Assembly (NCBI RefSeq): GCF_006345805.1
Contig: NC_043017.1
Location: 32,240,001-32,304,000, forward strand
Length of the DNA: 64,000 nucleotides
From: Octopus sinensis
Lineage: Eukaryota
Direction of reading: 5' to 3'
Below, piece by piece: positions 36,720-49,307 of the stretch. Within the stretch, counting starts at the first letter, position 1. Each line of letters starts with the position of its first letter. A program made the position numbers and the translations under genes. Below the pieces are notes generated by a model that was not told the DNA's origin, searched no databases, and worked only from the letters and a program-made list of their open reading frames with translations.

Positions 36720-36890
36720 TTATTACTACTACTACTACTGCTGCTGCTGCTGTTGTTATTACTACTACTACTACTGCTGCTGCTGTTATTCTTACTACTA
36801 CTACTACTACTGCTGTCATTATCACTACTACTACAGTTGCTGCTGGTGGTTATAGTGACAGTGCTGCTGCTGTTATTACTACTACTACAA
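36440..36890. repeat. (GAT)/(GCT)/(ACT) compound microsatellite with a repeated 35-bp unit
   Basis: ACAGTTGCTGCTGGTGGTTATAGTGACAGTGCTGC at about 36612 and 36833. Confidence 0.9.
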
Positions 36891-37393
36891 CTACCCCCCT
36901 CCCCCCACAGAATGACATTTATCTGCCAAGAGAGCTCGTATGTACTTTTGACTTGAAACATCTCAAAATAGTTTGAATGTAATAAGAACAACACCAGAAT
37001 AACTTAATCTTCCATCACAGACAGCTATTATGGCTTTATTAGTTCTTCAATACGGTCTTGATCCAAACTGGTGCCTCAGCTTTACTCTATTCATCTAACT
37101 CAATAGTTAAATCAAATAAGAATCGTTTAAGCAGACTCTTTTTTTTACATAAAGTCAAAAGATGTATTATTCAGAAAATGCTTTATAAAGTGTATTAATA
37201 GCATATGAATATAAATAGTTTTAACTAGAGAACATTAAGGATAAATAAAGGATAATTATCATCGTTATGTGTTTAGAATTTCAGTTTGTGTTTTTACATT
37301 TTCCTATAATAATGATAATAATGATAATAATGATAATAATAATAATAATAATAATATTAATAATAATAATAATATAATAATAATAATGATAAT

Positions 37394-37449
37394 GTATGGA
37401 AAAAACTCGGCGAGAAACGGAAGAAAATTTGAAGAAAGAAGGAAAAAAC

Positions 37450-37450
<1 letters not shown>
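37394..37450 (+). mobile_element. Extreme 3' stub of the R4/Dong-like element inside (TAA)n (37305-37542)
   Basis: ACTCGGCGAGAAACGGAAGAAAATT matches ACTCGGCAAGAAATGGAAGAAAATT at the 3' end of 7925-8720. Confidence 0.7.
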
Positions 37451-37484
<34 letters not shown>

Positions 37485-37509
37485 GATAATAATAATAATA
37501 ATAATGATG

Positions 37510-37544
<35 letters not shown>

Positions 37545-37547
37545 CTG

Positions 37548-37775
37548 TTTCTTTATTACCCACAAGGGGCTAAATATAGAGGGGACAAAATTTGGACAGA
37601 CAAAGGGATTAAGTCGATTACATTGACCCCAGTGCGTAACTGGTACTTAATTTATCGACCCGAAATGATGAAAGGCAAAGTCAACCTCGGCGGAATTTGA
37701 ACTCAGAACATAACGGCAGACAAAATACCTCTAAGCATTTCGCTCAGTGTGCTAACGTTTCTGCCAGCTCACCAC
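37548..37775 (-). mobile_element. SINE B monomer
   Basis: Consensus match. Confidence 0.88.
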
Positions 37776-38014
37776 CTTGTGCTTCTACTTCTGTAATATT
37801 CACTTTCCTGTTCCAACACCCATCCTTACCATCTTTTCTCTTTTCCAACTGGGGTATCCATGTGTCTCCTCTACAGCAACATACCAGTTCCTGTTCTCCT
37901 ATCACACTTTAACCTCTCATTATCTGGCATAAAGCCACCTCCCTCAAAACTACACCTCCTCCTCAGTTGAGGGAGGGTCTTGCCTTTATGAGTTACTTTG
38001 TGACCTTCTCTCTC

Positions 38015-38167
38015 TATCCGCTCAGTCAAAGTCGACTCTCGGTCACTCGTTGGATCAGTGTCCTCCAGTCAGTTCTATCCTGGGCCGCTTCCTTCAGATT
38101 GGCCATGTCCATTCCGGTATCACTCCTGATGGTGTCAAGCCAGCGGGTTCTTGGTTGGCCTCTTCCG
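38015..38167 (-). mobile_element. RTE/BovB-like LINE 3' stub
   Basis: GRGQPRTRWLDTIRSDTGMDMANLKEAAQDRTDWRTLIQRVTESRL resembles the BovB ORF end (RWLDGI..WR..VH.V.KSR.RL). Confidence 0.75.
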
Positions 38168-38204
38168 TGGTGGTGGTGGTGGTGGTGGTGGTGGTGGTGA
38201 TGAT

Positions 38205-38622
38205 TTACTCTTTACTCTTTTACTTGTGTCAGTCATTTGACTGCAGCCATGCTGGAGCACCACCTTTTAATCGAGCAACTCGATCCCGGGACTTATTCTT
38301 TGTAAGCCCAGTACTTATTCTATCTGTCTCTTTTGCCAAACCGCTAAGTGACGGGGGACATAAACACACCAGCATCGGTTGTCAAGCAATGCTTAGGGGG
38401 ACAAGCACAGACACACAAACGCATAAACATACATACATATATATATATACACATATACGACGGGCTTCTTTCAGTTTCCATCTACCAAATCCACTCACAA
38501 GGCTTTGGTCGGCCCGAGGCTATAGTAGAAGACACTTGTCCAAGGTGCCACGTAGTGGAACTGAACCCGGAACCATGTGGTTGGTAGGCAAGTTACTTAC
38601 CACACAGCCACTCCTGCGCCTA
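38205..38622 (-). mobile_element. SINE A, full length
   Basis: Consensus match. Confidence 0.9.
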
Positions 38623-38965
38623 GTTTTTAACTCTCCTAGTTTTTACAAAGGAGATTTGAGCTAAGAAAGGAACCTTCAGCCAATGATGGAGTTATAAGAC
38701 AAGTGAGGTGGCCAAGAACCCAATAAGGGGTTTTGGGTCAATGAAAAGCGTTGAAGCTAATTTGGGTGTCTAGAGAAGGCTTCAGTTTGCTAGAAATAGA
38801 AGCCAAATCTCTCCTACTGGAAACAATAGCCAAACCTTCCTCAGTTTACAACTTCATCGCCATCATCTGAATGCCCCCTGTTCCATGCTTGCATGCATCA
38901 GACAGAATTTCTTGAAGCAGATTTGCTACAGCCTGATGCCTTTCCTGCCATCAACCCTCACCTGT

Positions 38966-39295
38966 TTCCAAGCAAGGAAATATTTCCCCCCTCACATGAT
39001 ATTAAGACAAGGAAAAAAACACCTCAGATGACGGTGTTTTGTATGCACTGTGTCTAGAAAAAGACAGGTTGGTCACCATTGGAGTGTCTTTAATCATAAA
39101 TCTGTCCAATCATGGTTTATTCCAAGCAAGGAAATATTCCCCCCACCCTCACATGATGTTAAGACAAGGAAACAACTTCTTAGGGAAAAAATACACCGCA
39201 GATGATGGAGTTTTGTATGCACTGTGTCTAGAAAAAGACAGGTTGGTCGACATTGGAATGTCTTTAATCATAAATCTGTCCAATAATTGTTTATT
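38966..39295 (+). repeat. Tandem duplication of a ~155-175-bp unit
   Basis: TTCCAAGCAAGGAAATATT...GTTTTGTATGCACTGTGTCTAGAAAAAGACAGGTTGGTC...TCATAAATCTGTCCAAT occurs twice. Confidence 0.85.
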
Positions 39296-40070
39296 CAGGG
39301 CTACACAACTATACAAATATATTTGTGGAAGGAGTTTAAACTTGAACACAGCTCTTCATTTCAAGAATTCAATAAATTTAACTCATCACTCTAAACATTT
39401 ACTTGGTCTGTGTTTCAATAAAATCTATTTATATTTTTACGTGAACAGAAATACATTGAGAAAAAGTTTGTCTTTTATAACAGCCTTCAAGAAAATGCAA
39501 ATTTTGCTGGTAATGTTAGTTCTATGCATTGTTTCATCCAATAAACAAGCAAAGCCAGTCTTTAAAGCAGACATAAATAACACTCTCTAAATGTACGAAT
39601 AACTGAATTTATTGAATATATATTTCAGACATATGTAAATACCATTGATAGTAGTAAATGTTGTAATTTCACAACAAGAATATTTCATTCAAATTTATGC
39701 TCTATTTCTGTGAAAACATCTCAAGGGAAAAAAATCTTGGAGGTCTTTTATTCATTGTTAGAAGAAACAAAATGGATTTAAAACTAATTCAGTAATGGCT
39801 TATGGTTGTATAATTAAGTTAGAAGAAGTGATTAGAAAAATTTTAAAAAGAAGTGTTTTTTGTTTTTTCTTCTATGATTTGAATTCAGAATTAAGTTAGT
39901 GGAAAGAGAATTTTTGTGGATGTATACAGATCTGAACAAAAAGATTTTTCTACTGTAGCTTAATAAAGAAATCTAATGGCCATCCAGAATTTACTGGTTC
40001 AATACAGGGATACAGTCCCACTGTGGAGGTGCAATGGCCCAGTGGTTAGGGCAGCGGACTCGCGGTCATA

Positions 40071-40493
40071 GTTATTTGTATATATTATGTGTATGTGAAG
40101 TGCATACAATATGCATGTATCACCATCATTACTGTTTAACGTTCACTTTTCCATGTCTTCATGGGTTGGATGGAAGTTGTTGAGACAGATTTTCCTACAG
40201 CTGGATGCTCTTCCCATCACCAACTCTCACTCTCTCTCTCTCACACGCACACACACAGTAAAATTAATTACTTGTAGGATTCATCTGAATCAAGGTATTT
40301 TGATATTAAGGACATCAAGTGCAGTGAGCTGGCAGAATCGTTGGTGATGGGAAGAGCATCCAGCTGTAGAAAAATCTGTCTCAACAACTTCCATCCAACC
40401 CATGAAGACATGGAAAAGTGGACGTTAAACAGTAATGATTGTGATACATGCATATAGTATGCACTTCACATACACAAAATATATACAAACAAC
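40071..40493. repeat. Inverted duplication with ~150-bp arms (SINE C-like fragment plus flank)
   Basis: 40071-40223 matches the reverse complement of 40343-40493; the ORF track shows two near-identical peptides on opposite strands. Confidence 0.85.
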
Positions 40494-40639
40494 GAACTTT
40501 ATTCTCTTTTCCGACATACTACATTAAGCATACTTAGCACATGTCCACAGACCGCTTTGTTATGGTCCATAAGCATTTATGTCATACATGTATGTGTGTG
40601 CGTGTGTGTATGTATGTGTGTGTGTGTGGATGTAAACAT

Positions 40640-41140
40640 ATATATATATAAGAAAACCATCCGAACGTGGCCGTAGCCAGTACCGCATCGACTGGCCTCC
40701 GTCCTGTGGGCACGTAACAAACACCATCCGATCGTGGCCTTCCTCATCTGGCACCTGTGTCGGTGGCACATAAAAAACACCATCCGAGTGTGGCCGTCTG
40801 CCAGCCTCATCTGGCACCTGTGTCGGTGGCATATAAAAAACACCATCTGAGCGTGGCCGTCTGCCAGCCTCGTCTGACACCTGTGTCGGTGGCACATAAA
40901 AAACACCATCCGAGCGTGGCCGTTCGCCAGCCTCGTCTGGCACCTGTGTCGGTGGCACATAAAATCACCCACTACACTCTCGGAGTGGTTGGCGTTAGGA
41001 AGGGCATCCAGCTGTAGAAACACTGCCAGATCTGACTGGCCTGGTGCAGCCTTCGGGCTCCCCAGACCCCTGTTGAACCGTCCAACCCATGCTAGCATGG
41101 AAAGCGGATGTTAAACGATGATGATGATGATGATGATATC
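40640..41140 (+). mobile_element. SINE C with about five internal ~61-bp repeats
   Basis: Repeated GGTGGCACATAAAAAACACCATCCGAGCGTGGCCGTCTGCCAGCCTCGTCTGGCACCTGTGTC; core and (GAT)n tail. Confidence 0.9.
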
Positions 41141-41224
41141 ATTGGTAAAGCATAAATCCAGAAGAGAAGCACACTCTAAGTTATAAAGTTTTATAGAGCA
41201 GTATAGTATATACATATATATACA

Positions 41225-41532
41225 TATATATATCACCGTGACCGACCAGGCTATCAGATGTTGCTACACATTGCTGGTCACAATGCGCTTCGCATTGTTT
41301 TAGCCTTCAAATGATGCCACCCCGCTGGTTAAGCGAAGAGGCCAACAGAAGAAAGAGGGAGAGAAAGTTGTGGCGAAAGAGTACAGCAGGGATCACCACC
41401 ACCCCCTGCCGGAGCCTCGTGGGGCTTTAGGTATTTTTGCGCAATAAACACTCACAACGCCCGGTCTGGGAATCGAAACAACGATCCTACAACCACGAGT
41501 CCGCTGCCCTAACCACTGGGCCATTGCACCTC
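41225..41532 (-). mobile_element. tRNA-derived SINE family D
   Basis: Minus-strand head GAGGTGCAATGGCCCAGTGGTTAGGGCAGCGGACTC...GTTTCGATTCCC; the same head occurs at 40025-40068 (+). Confidence 0.75.
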
Positions 41533-41644
41533 TACTACATATATATATATATACATATACATATACACACACACACACATATATATACATATATATGTAT
41601 ATATGTGTGTGTGTGTGTGTGCATATATGTGTGTAGGAGAATAT

Positions 41645-41877
41645 TTATTTCTTTATTGCCCACAGAGGGCTAAACATAGAGGGGACAAATAAGGACAGAT
41701 AAAGGGTTTAAGTCGATTACATCAACCCCAGTGCATAACTGGTACTTAGTTAATCGACCTCTGAAAGGATGAACGGCAAAGTCGACCTTGGCAGAATTTG
41801 AACTCAGAATGTAACAGCAGATGAAATACCGCTAAGCATTTCACCCGGTGTGCTAATGATTCTGCCCGCTTGCCATC
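41645..41877 (-). mobile_element. SINE B monomer
   Basis: Consensus match. Confidence 0.88.
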
Positions 41878-43154
41878 CTATATGTGTATGTGTTTGTGTA
41901 TGCATATATGAATGTCTTTGTGTATCATGTGACTGTTTACACAATATATATGTTTACGCTTACATAACAGATGAATTACTTTGCAAGAATGAGCGCTGAA
42001 TAAATAAATACATGTACTTCATATTCTTAAACACATATTAAAAGTTTATCTAAATCCTACACAAGTGACAACATCCTACATTAAACAACACTTCACATCA
42101 CACACACTTCTCATCAAGGTCTGCTCTCACTTTTCCCCCCTTTGTTATTTCACTCTACTTATTTCCCTCTCTCTCTCTCTCCTCCTCTAACCCACCCACT
42201 TTCTTCAAAATCCAGATTATGGCTTCACTTCTGGTTCAGCTTTGCCAATATCTGTTTTCCCTTTTCATAACGGCTGCAACGGAAGTAGGGTTGGTAAATA
42301 TGGAGAAATAAAAAGAGACGTAGGTAGGTTGATTTCTAGTTAGATCGGTGCAAATTATTAGACAGGAAAAATTCTCATGTTCACTTGTATCAGGAATTAA
42401 CTTGGATTATTAACTTTCTGTGAATACATTCCAGTGTGTATATTCCAATTATATTCACTATTAGAAGTGTTCAAAAATAGTCAAAACTGTCTACATTCTG
42501 GCTGTTGCACACTCATTAGCAGAAGCTGGTGTTAATAGTCAACCAAAAGTCATTGTGCATTTTCTTGTTCTAAATACATTCCTGTTGTTGATTCTGTCTG
42601 CTGTTGGTTGATGCCACATTCTAATTGACCAATTAGTGTCAAATATTTTCTGTGAGGTTATTGCTCATGGCTAATGCGAAGACGGCAGGTTTTGTCTCCT
42701 GACAACAGTTTGTTTGCGGACAACAATTCTTGTTTCAATCAACCTGGTTTCTACTATCATCCTGTCTTACATTGTTGGAATATAATGGAGTTTTTTATTT
42801 TTATTTCTGTTTCTATTTCTTTCTTATGATTTACTATTAATGAGTATTGGAAAAAAAATTGTTTTCAAACATGTCTATACTTCTTCGTTTCTGTAGTGAA
42901 TTACCAGTTGCGATTGTGTTCTCATGCTGCAGTACAACCAGATTCAGAGCTAAAAAAAGGTAGCTACTATGTGACTCTTCAAGCCTGTAGGGTATAACCA
43001 CCAAAAGTACATATGATATGACACTATTTCTTCCAAAACCAGAAACAAAAATAAGAAAACAAAAGATAAAAAGGAAGAAAAACCATTCTCGTCATAAAAT
43101 AAAGCTACTAAGTTACATTTGAAAATATAAACACACACACACACACACACATAG

Positions 43155-44765
43155 ACTGGGCCATCTCATACATAATGCGTATTATTTTCAGTTGCATAAA
43201 CTAAAAGTCAGAGGGGGATGGGATAAACTATCTGCATGAACTTGCTGTAAAAGCAGGTAGTAATTTTACCTTGTCCTTATTCTTAGTGCAAGTTTTGAAG
43301 AGTGCAGTTCGATTTTAACAGTTATCTTTTCAAAGCTATAATGGAAATGACCAAAGAGCATATTCAGCATATTTTGCTTTATGAGTTCTATAAAGGCATC
43401 AATGCAAAGTGCAAGGAATATTAATGAAGCATATGAGGATCGGACGATAGGCATAAGCCAGTGTCAATGGTGGTTCCAGAAATTCCAAGCAAGAAAGTAC
43501 ATCCTAGAAGATGAGCCTCATCCTGGAAGACCTGTAGAACTTGACAAGGATGTCCTGCAAACCCTGGTGGAACCAAATTCCATCATAATTGTTGAAGGAC
43601 TATCAGAGAATTTTGGATTTGGTCATTCAAGCTTTCATCAACACCTGCATGCCATTGGAAAAGCCAGAAAATTGGGTCACTGGGTTCCTCGCAAACTTTC
43701 TGAGTCTAATCCTGTGCAGAGAGTGAATGTGTGCTCCCCTTTGCTGTCATGACACATGAATGAACCTTTATTGGAGCGAATAGTGACTAGTCAGGAGAAA
43801 TAGGTTCTCTAACAAAAGATCAAGCACTGAAGACAGTGGGTAGGGAAAGGAGAAACACCGGCACCCCAGGCTAAAGAAGGTCTTCACCCATGTAAGGTGT
43901 TGTTAACTGTTTGGTTGGATATGAAAGGTTTAGTCCCCTTTGAACTTTTAAACCTAAACCAAAGGATAAGAAAGATCTACTGTGAGCAGCTTGAGTGGCT
44001 TAAGTCAGTGCTAGAAGAAAAATGACCATCTTTGATTTCAAGACGAAAGGTGTTCTTCATCAAGATAATGCGCAGGAGTGGCTGTGTGGTAAGTAACTTG
44101 TTTACCAACCACATGGTTCCGGGTTCAGTCCCACTGCATGGCACCCTTGGGCAAGTGTCTTCTACTATAGTCTCGGGTCAACCAAAGCCTTGTGAGTGGA
44201 TTTGGTAGATGGAAACTGAAAGAAGCCCGTCGTATATATGTATATATATGTATATATATATATGCATGTGTGTGTTTGTGTGTCTGTGTTTGTCCCCCTA
44301 GCATTACCTGACAACCGATGCTGGTGTGTTTATGTCCCCGTCACTTAGCGGTTCAGCAAAAGAGACTGATAGAATAAGTACTGGGCTTACAAAAGAATAA
44401 GTCCCGGGGTCGAGTTGCTCGATTAAAGCGGTGCTCTAGCATGGCCGCAGTCAAATGACTGAAACAAGTAAAAGAGTAAAAGAGTAAAGAGTAAAAGAGA
44501 GCCACATACAGCAAGGATGGCATTCCAAATGCTGGAGCAGTTGGAATGGTAAATGCTGCCCCACCCACCATATTCACCAAACATTGCCCCAACTGGTTAT
44601 CATTTATTCCGCAGTCTGCAAAATCATTTGAACAGAAAAAATATGAATTCTGTACAGAAGGTCAGAACAGTATTTTTCGTCATGGACAAGAGAATTTTGG
44701 AAGATGGGGCCTTGCAAGTCTATCAGATAGATGAAAGTGCATTGTAGAAAATAAATGAGATTATA
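43155..44765 (+). mobile_element. Decayed mariner (Hsmar1-like type), interrupted by SINE A
   Basis: MEMTKEHIQHILLYEF..SARNINEAY..QWWFQKF..LEDEPHPGRP..WVPRKL..IVTSQEK..HQDNA|RPH..LPHPPYSPNIAPTGYHLFRSLQN, with stops and frameshifts; catalytic Asp residues altered. Confidence 0.88.
44068..44500 (+). mobile_element. SINE A inserted at the mariner DNA|R motif
   Basis: Consensus match. Confidence 0.9.
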
Positions 44766-44784
44766 TTCTTTCTTTTACTTTTTT

Positions 44785-45172
44785 TTTTCTTTTTCTTGTT
44801 TCAGTCATTTGACTGCGGCCATGCTGGAGCACCACCTTTAGTCGAGAAAATCGACCCCGCGACTTATTCTTTGTAAGCCCAGTACTTATTCTATCGGTCT
44901 CTTTTTGCCGAACTGCTAAGTGACGGCTACGTAAACACACCAGCATCGGTTGTCAAGCAATGCTAGGGGGACAAACACAGACACACAAACATACACACAT
45001 ACATATATATATATATACATATATACGATAGGCTTCTTTCAGTTTCCATCAACCAAATCCACTCACAAGGCATTGGTCGGCCCGAGGCCTCAGATGTGCC
45101 ATGCAGTAGGACTGAAACCGGAAGCATGTGGTTGGTAAACAAGCTACTTACCACACAGCCACTCCTGCGCCT
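44785..45172 (-). mobile_element. SINE A
   Basis: Consensus match. Confidence 0.88.
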
Positions 45173-45502
45173 ATATATATTTCAGTTTAAAAAAGAACTT
45201 TGTTTATCTTAAATTAATACAGATTGTTAAGCATTGAATAAAGATGGACATTTAATGACTGGATTTGGAGCAACCATAAATATAACTTATGGATGCCGAG
45301 TTATATGTCCAGGGAAGAATTTGAATGTATATTGGAGATCACTATAAAATATCAATTGATTTAAACCGACAACAAATTAACCTTTTTGACACCTGTCTAC
45401 CCAGGACTATTTGCATTAAAGTGTTCACATTCAAATTAATATCGTGATCAAAACTCTCATTTAACCTGAACGAATTTGTGGTTTTGGTCAAGACCAACAT
45501 AT

Positions 45503-45533
<31 letters not shown>

Positions 45534-46074
45534 GTAACTACCGCTATTTTACTAAACCTGTAAACCTGTCCATATTCTTCATGATAGCGAAAATTAATTG
45601 AAACATAGGGAGCCTGGTCATTAGAAATATAATCATGACAGGGTTAATCAATTAATCAATAAATTTATCCAACCCACTATCATGTGTATACAAGGGTAAA
45701 GTTACTGTTATTCAACACAATATCAAATATGAAGGTATGGAACACCATGTCACTTATTCTGTATAATACTTTCTGTATGATGTGTTATGCAATTACTGTT
45801 TCTTATTTATTGCCAAATTTGACTTGAATTCATGCAATCATGACCACATTGATAACAATGTGGAATACAAAACAAGGATAATTAGCTGTCAAGTGATAAT
45901 ACCTCAATTGTCTGGCTTGCATGCGGTCTCTTGTATTATTCCATTGAAATACTAAACATATGTTCTTAGAGACACGTATATTCAAGTTAATACTATATGT
46001 TTCATTATATTGATAAATCTACTTGCTACTAGATGGTAGTTAAAAAAAAATTTTGAATTTTAATAAAGATATTT

Positions 46075-46560
46075 CGTAGGGTGACCTGCTGTGCTTGAGG
46101 AGACCTATTGTGTCAAGTACATCAACATCAAAATAAATATCAAATGGAAATAGTAGTTGTGATACCTGTGCCGGTGGCACGTGAAAAGCACCATTCAAAC
46201 ATGGCCGATGCCAGTGCTGCCTTGACTGGCTTCTGTGCTGGTGGCACGTAAAAAGCACCAACCGATCGTGGCCACTGCCAGCCTCCCCTGGTACCTGTGC
46301 TGGTGGCACGTAAAAAGCACCATCCATACATGGTCGATGCCAGCCTCACTTGGCACCTGTGCCGGTGGCACGAAAAATGCACCCACTACACTCATGGAGT
46401 GGTTGGAGTTAGGAAAGGCATCCAGCTGTAGAAACACTGCCAGATCAGACTGGAGCCTGGTGCAGCCTCCTTACTTCGCAGACCCCGGTCGAACCGTCCA
46501 ACCCATGCTAGCATGGAAAACGGACATTAAATGATGATGATGCTGATGATGATGCTGATG
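46075..46560 (+). mobile_element. SINE C with 5' extension and internal repeats
   Basis: Consensus match. Confidence 0.85.
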
Positions 46561-47009
46561 ATTTCATGGTTGTATGGTTAAGAAGCTTGCTTTGCAGCCA
46601 TTGTGCTTCAGGTTCAGTCCTACTGGGCAGCTCTGCAGGTAAGTAAATTTATGTGTCACCCAATGTCTTGTGGGTGAAAATGGTTGATTAAAATTGTGTA
46701 GAAATGTGTGTATGTCAGTGTGAGTGTGTGTGTGTGTGTATACGTGCTGGTGCTATGTTAAAAGCACGTAGCATATACTGTAAGGGATTGGCATTAGGAT
46801 GGGTGTCCAGCTCTAGAAACCAAACCGAATCAGACTGGAACATGGTGCAACTGTCCAGCTTGCGAACTCTGGTGAAACCATCCAACCTACACCAGCATGA
46901 AAAACGAACGTCAAATGATGATGATATATATATATATATATATAATATGTATGTATATATAGAAATTAGAAAAAAAACACCTTTTATAAATTCAAAATGA
47001 ACAATTAAA

Positions 47010-47190
47010 TTACATCATCATCATCGTTTAGCGTCCGCTTTCCATGCTGGCATGGGTTGGACGGTTCAACTGGGGTATGGGAAGCCAGAAGGCTGCACCA
47101 GGCCCAGTCTGATCTGGCAATGTTTCTATGGCTGGATGCCCTTCCTAACGCCAACCACTCCATGAGTGTAGTGGGTGCTTTTTACGTGCC
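47010..47190 (-). mobile_element. SINE C 3' part
   Basis: Consensus match. Confidence 0.85.
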
Positions 47191-47629
47191 ACCGTATATA
47201 TAGATGGATCTATATATATGACAAACTTCATTTAGTTCCCATCTACCAAATCTACTCTCAAGGCTTTGTCAGATTGAGACTAATAGAAGGCATACCCAAG
47301 GTACTGCACAGTGGGATTGAACCCAAGGCCAATGATTGGAAAACAAGTTTCTCAACCAGACTGCTACGTCTGCAATCCCAAATAGTCAAATATACATGGA
47401 TCCACTCCCATGCTTTTTGTTGGCTCCGGGTTGTAGTAGAAAACATTTGCCTAGAGTGCCTCACAGTGAGACTGAATTCCAGGCCAATAACTGGGAAGTA
47501 AGCTTCTCAACAATACAGTCACGCCTACAGCCCCGAATATTCAAATACAAGAATAGTGACTGAGACCTTTGGTGATGTGCCATGCTTGGAAGACTTGTGA
47601 AGCCAAGGGAAGCTGTTGTTGTGATTGAT

Positions 47630-47897
47630 GCTGGTGTCAAGTAACTGGCACCTGTGCCAGTGGCATGTAAAGAGCACCCGTTGCGCTCTTGGAGTGGTTG
47701 GTGTTGGAAAAGGGCATCATCCAGCTGTGGGAAACCCTTGCCAAGTCAGATTGGAACCTGGTGGAGATCCTCAGCCTACCAGTTTTCGGTCGAACCATCT
47801 AAACCATGCCAGTATGGAAAGGAAAAGCTAAACGACAATGATGGTGGTGGTGGTGGTGGTGGTGGTGGTGGTGGTGGTGGTGGTGGTGATGATGGTA

Positions 47898-47947
<50 letters not shown>

Positions 47948-47981
47948 GGTGGTGGTGGTGGTGGTGGTGATGGTGATGGTA

Positions 47982-48020
<39 letters not shown>

Positions 48021-48108
48021 GTGATGATGTTGGTGGTGGTGGTGGTGGTAGTGGTAGTGGTGGTGGTGGTGGTGATGATGATGATGATGGTGATGACGAC
48101 GACGATGA

Positions 48109-48139
<31 letters not shown>

Positions 48140-48197
48140 GATGATGGTGATGATGATGAGGATGATGATGATGACGACGATGATGATGATGATGATA

Positions 48198-48234
<37 letters not shown>

Positions 48235-48310
48235 TGGTGGTTGTGGTGATGATGATGATGGTGATGATGACGACGACGACGATGATGATGATGATGATGA
48301 TGATGATATG
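47630..48310 (+). repeat. Old SINE C copy (47630-47835) whose (GAT)n tail has expanded into a ~470-bp (GAT)/(GGT) array
   Basis: GGAAAAGGGCATC core and CCATGCCAGTATGG end run directly into the array. Confidence 0.8.
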
Positions 48311-48959
48311 GTTTGGTTGAAGTTGCAACATCTTTGATCATAGATCGACTAAGTTGAGCTTCCTCTGTGTCTGAACAACAGTCTCAATGACAAGTGAAGC
48401 TCATGGATGGAGCACCTTTAAGCAATAAGTCCACTCAATCAAGGCCGACTCTCTGTTAAACTATTACTATTACATTATCTTTACATAATCTTATTCTAAT
48501 AATGTATTTCACAACATTTGTTTATTTGTTTGGCCTCAAGTGCCAAGACCTAGCCAATCCTCTGCAAGTGCTTCTATTAATATAAACTCCAGCCTACGTT
48601 GAAGTAGAAAATAAATGTGGAATGAATGAATGAATGTATTAATATTATATAAAAATAATATAAACATATTTATTGATAAATGCATTCAGATTGAACACAG
48701 TATGGTTAAATGGTAAGACTGGCATGTATGTATATATGTATATTTCAGGTCACACTTGAGCGCTACTGGTAACATGTAACCAAGTACAATCTGTTGCATG
48801 GTCAAGCCATTAGGGACTAAACTAGCAACCCTACCAAGCCTGCTTTGTAAAGAGGGTAGTTTTCATTGGACACCCAGCAGGACATAAAATAAAACCTGTC
48901 AAAGGGCAGATGAACTCATCGGAATCAATGGCCATCTGACAATTAATTGGAAGATGTTG

Positions 48960-49170
48960 AACCATTTATCCCTACACACTTTTTTTCTCTTTCCAGTTTT
49001 TTCGTCCTCTCTCCATTTTTTCCTCTCTCAACGTTTTCTGACAAAGAGCATAGGCACAAAACATTAAAGACGTTTCCATTTTTCCCAAGTGTCAAACTAA
49101 TACACCTGCTTTTTGTTCATACACCTGTCTTCATTTTTTGCTGGTCTAAACTGGAATATTAATGTCGTCT
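48960..49170 (+). mobile_element. Decayed Penelope-like pLTR fragment (same family as 21850-22060)
   Basis: CTGACAAAGAGCATAGGCACAAAACATT...AGTGTCAAACTAATAC. Confidence 0.45.
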
Positions 49171-49307
49171 ACATACCTACAGTAAAGTAGAAGAATTGAG
49201 GACTGTTCTGCTAAAGATTGTCTAAGTTTTCTGCCCCACCAGGTCATAAAGAGGCCAGCCACATCTCCAGCTACACTGACACCAATGGCTGAACCTTGAA
49301 CCTGCAT

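Noticed and set aside
39039-39590. 183-aa ORF with an internal repeat
   Set aside because: It arises from a tandem duplication running into AT-rich DNA; no recognisable domain.
45377-45645. Possible TTAA-bounded piggyBac-type MITE
   Set aside because: The ends match over only a few bases; TIRs cannot be established.
47654-48341. Gly/Asp- and His-rich ORFs (also 36209-36994, 8699-9160)
   Set aside because: Triplet microsatellite expansions.
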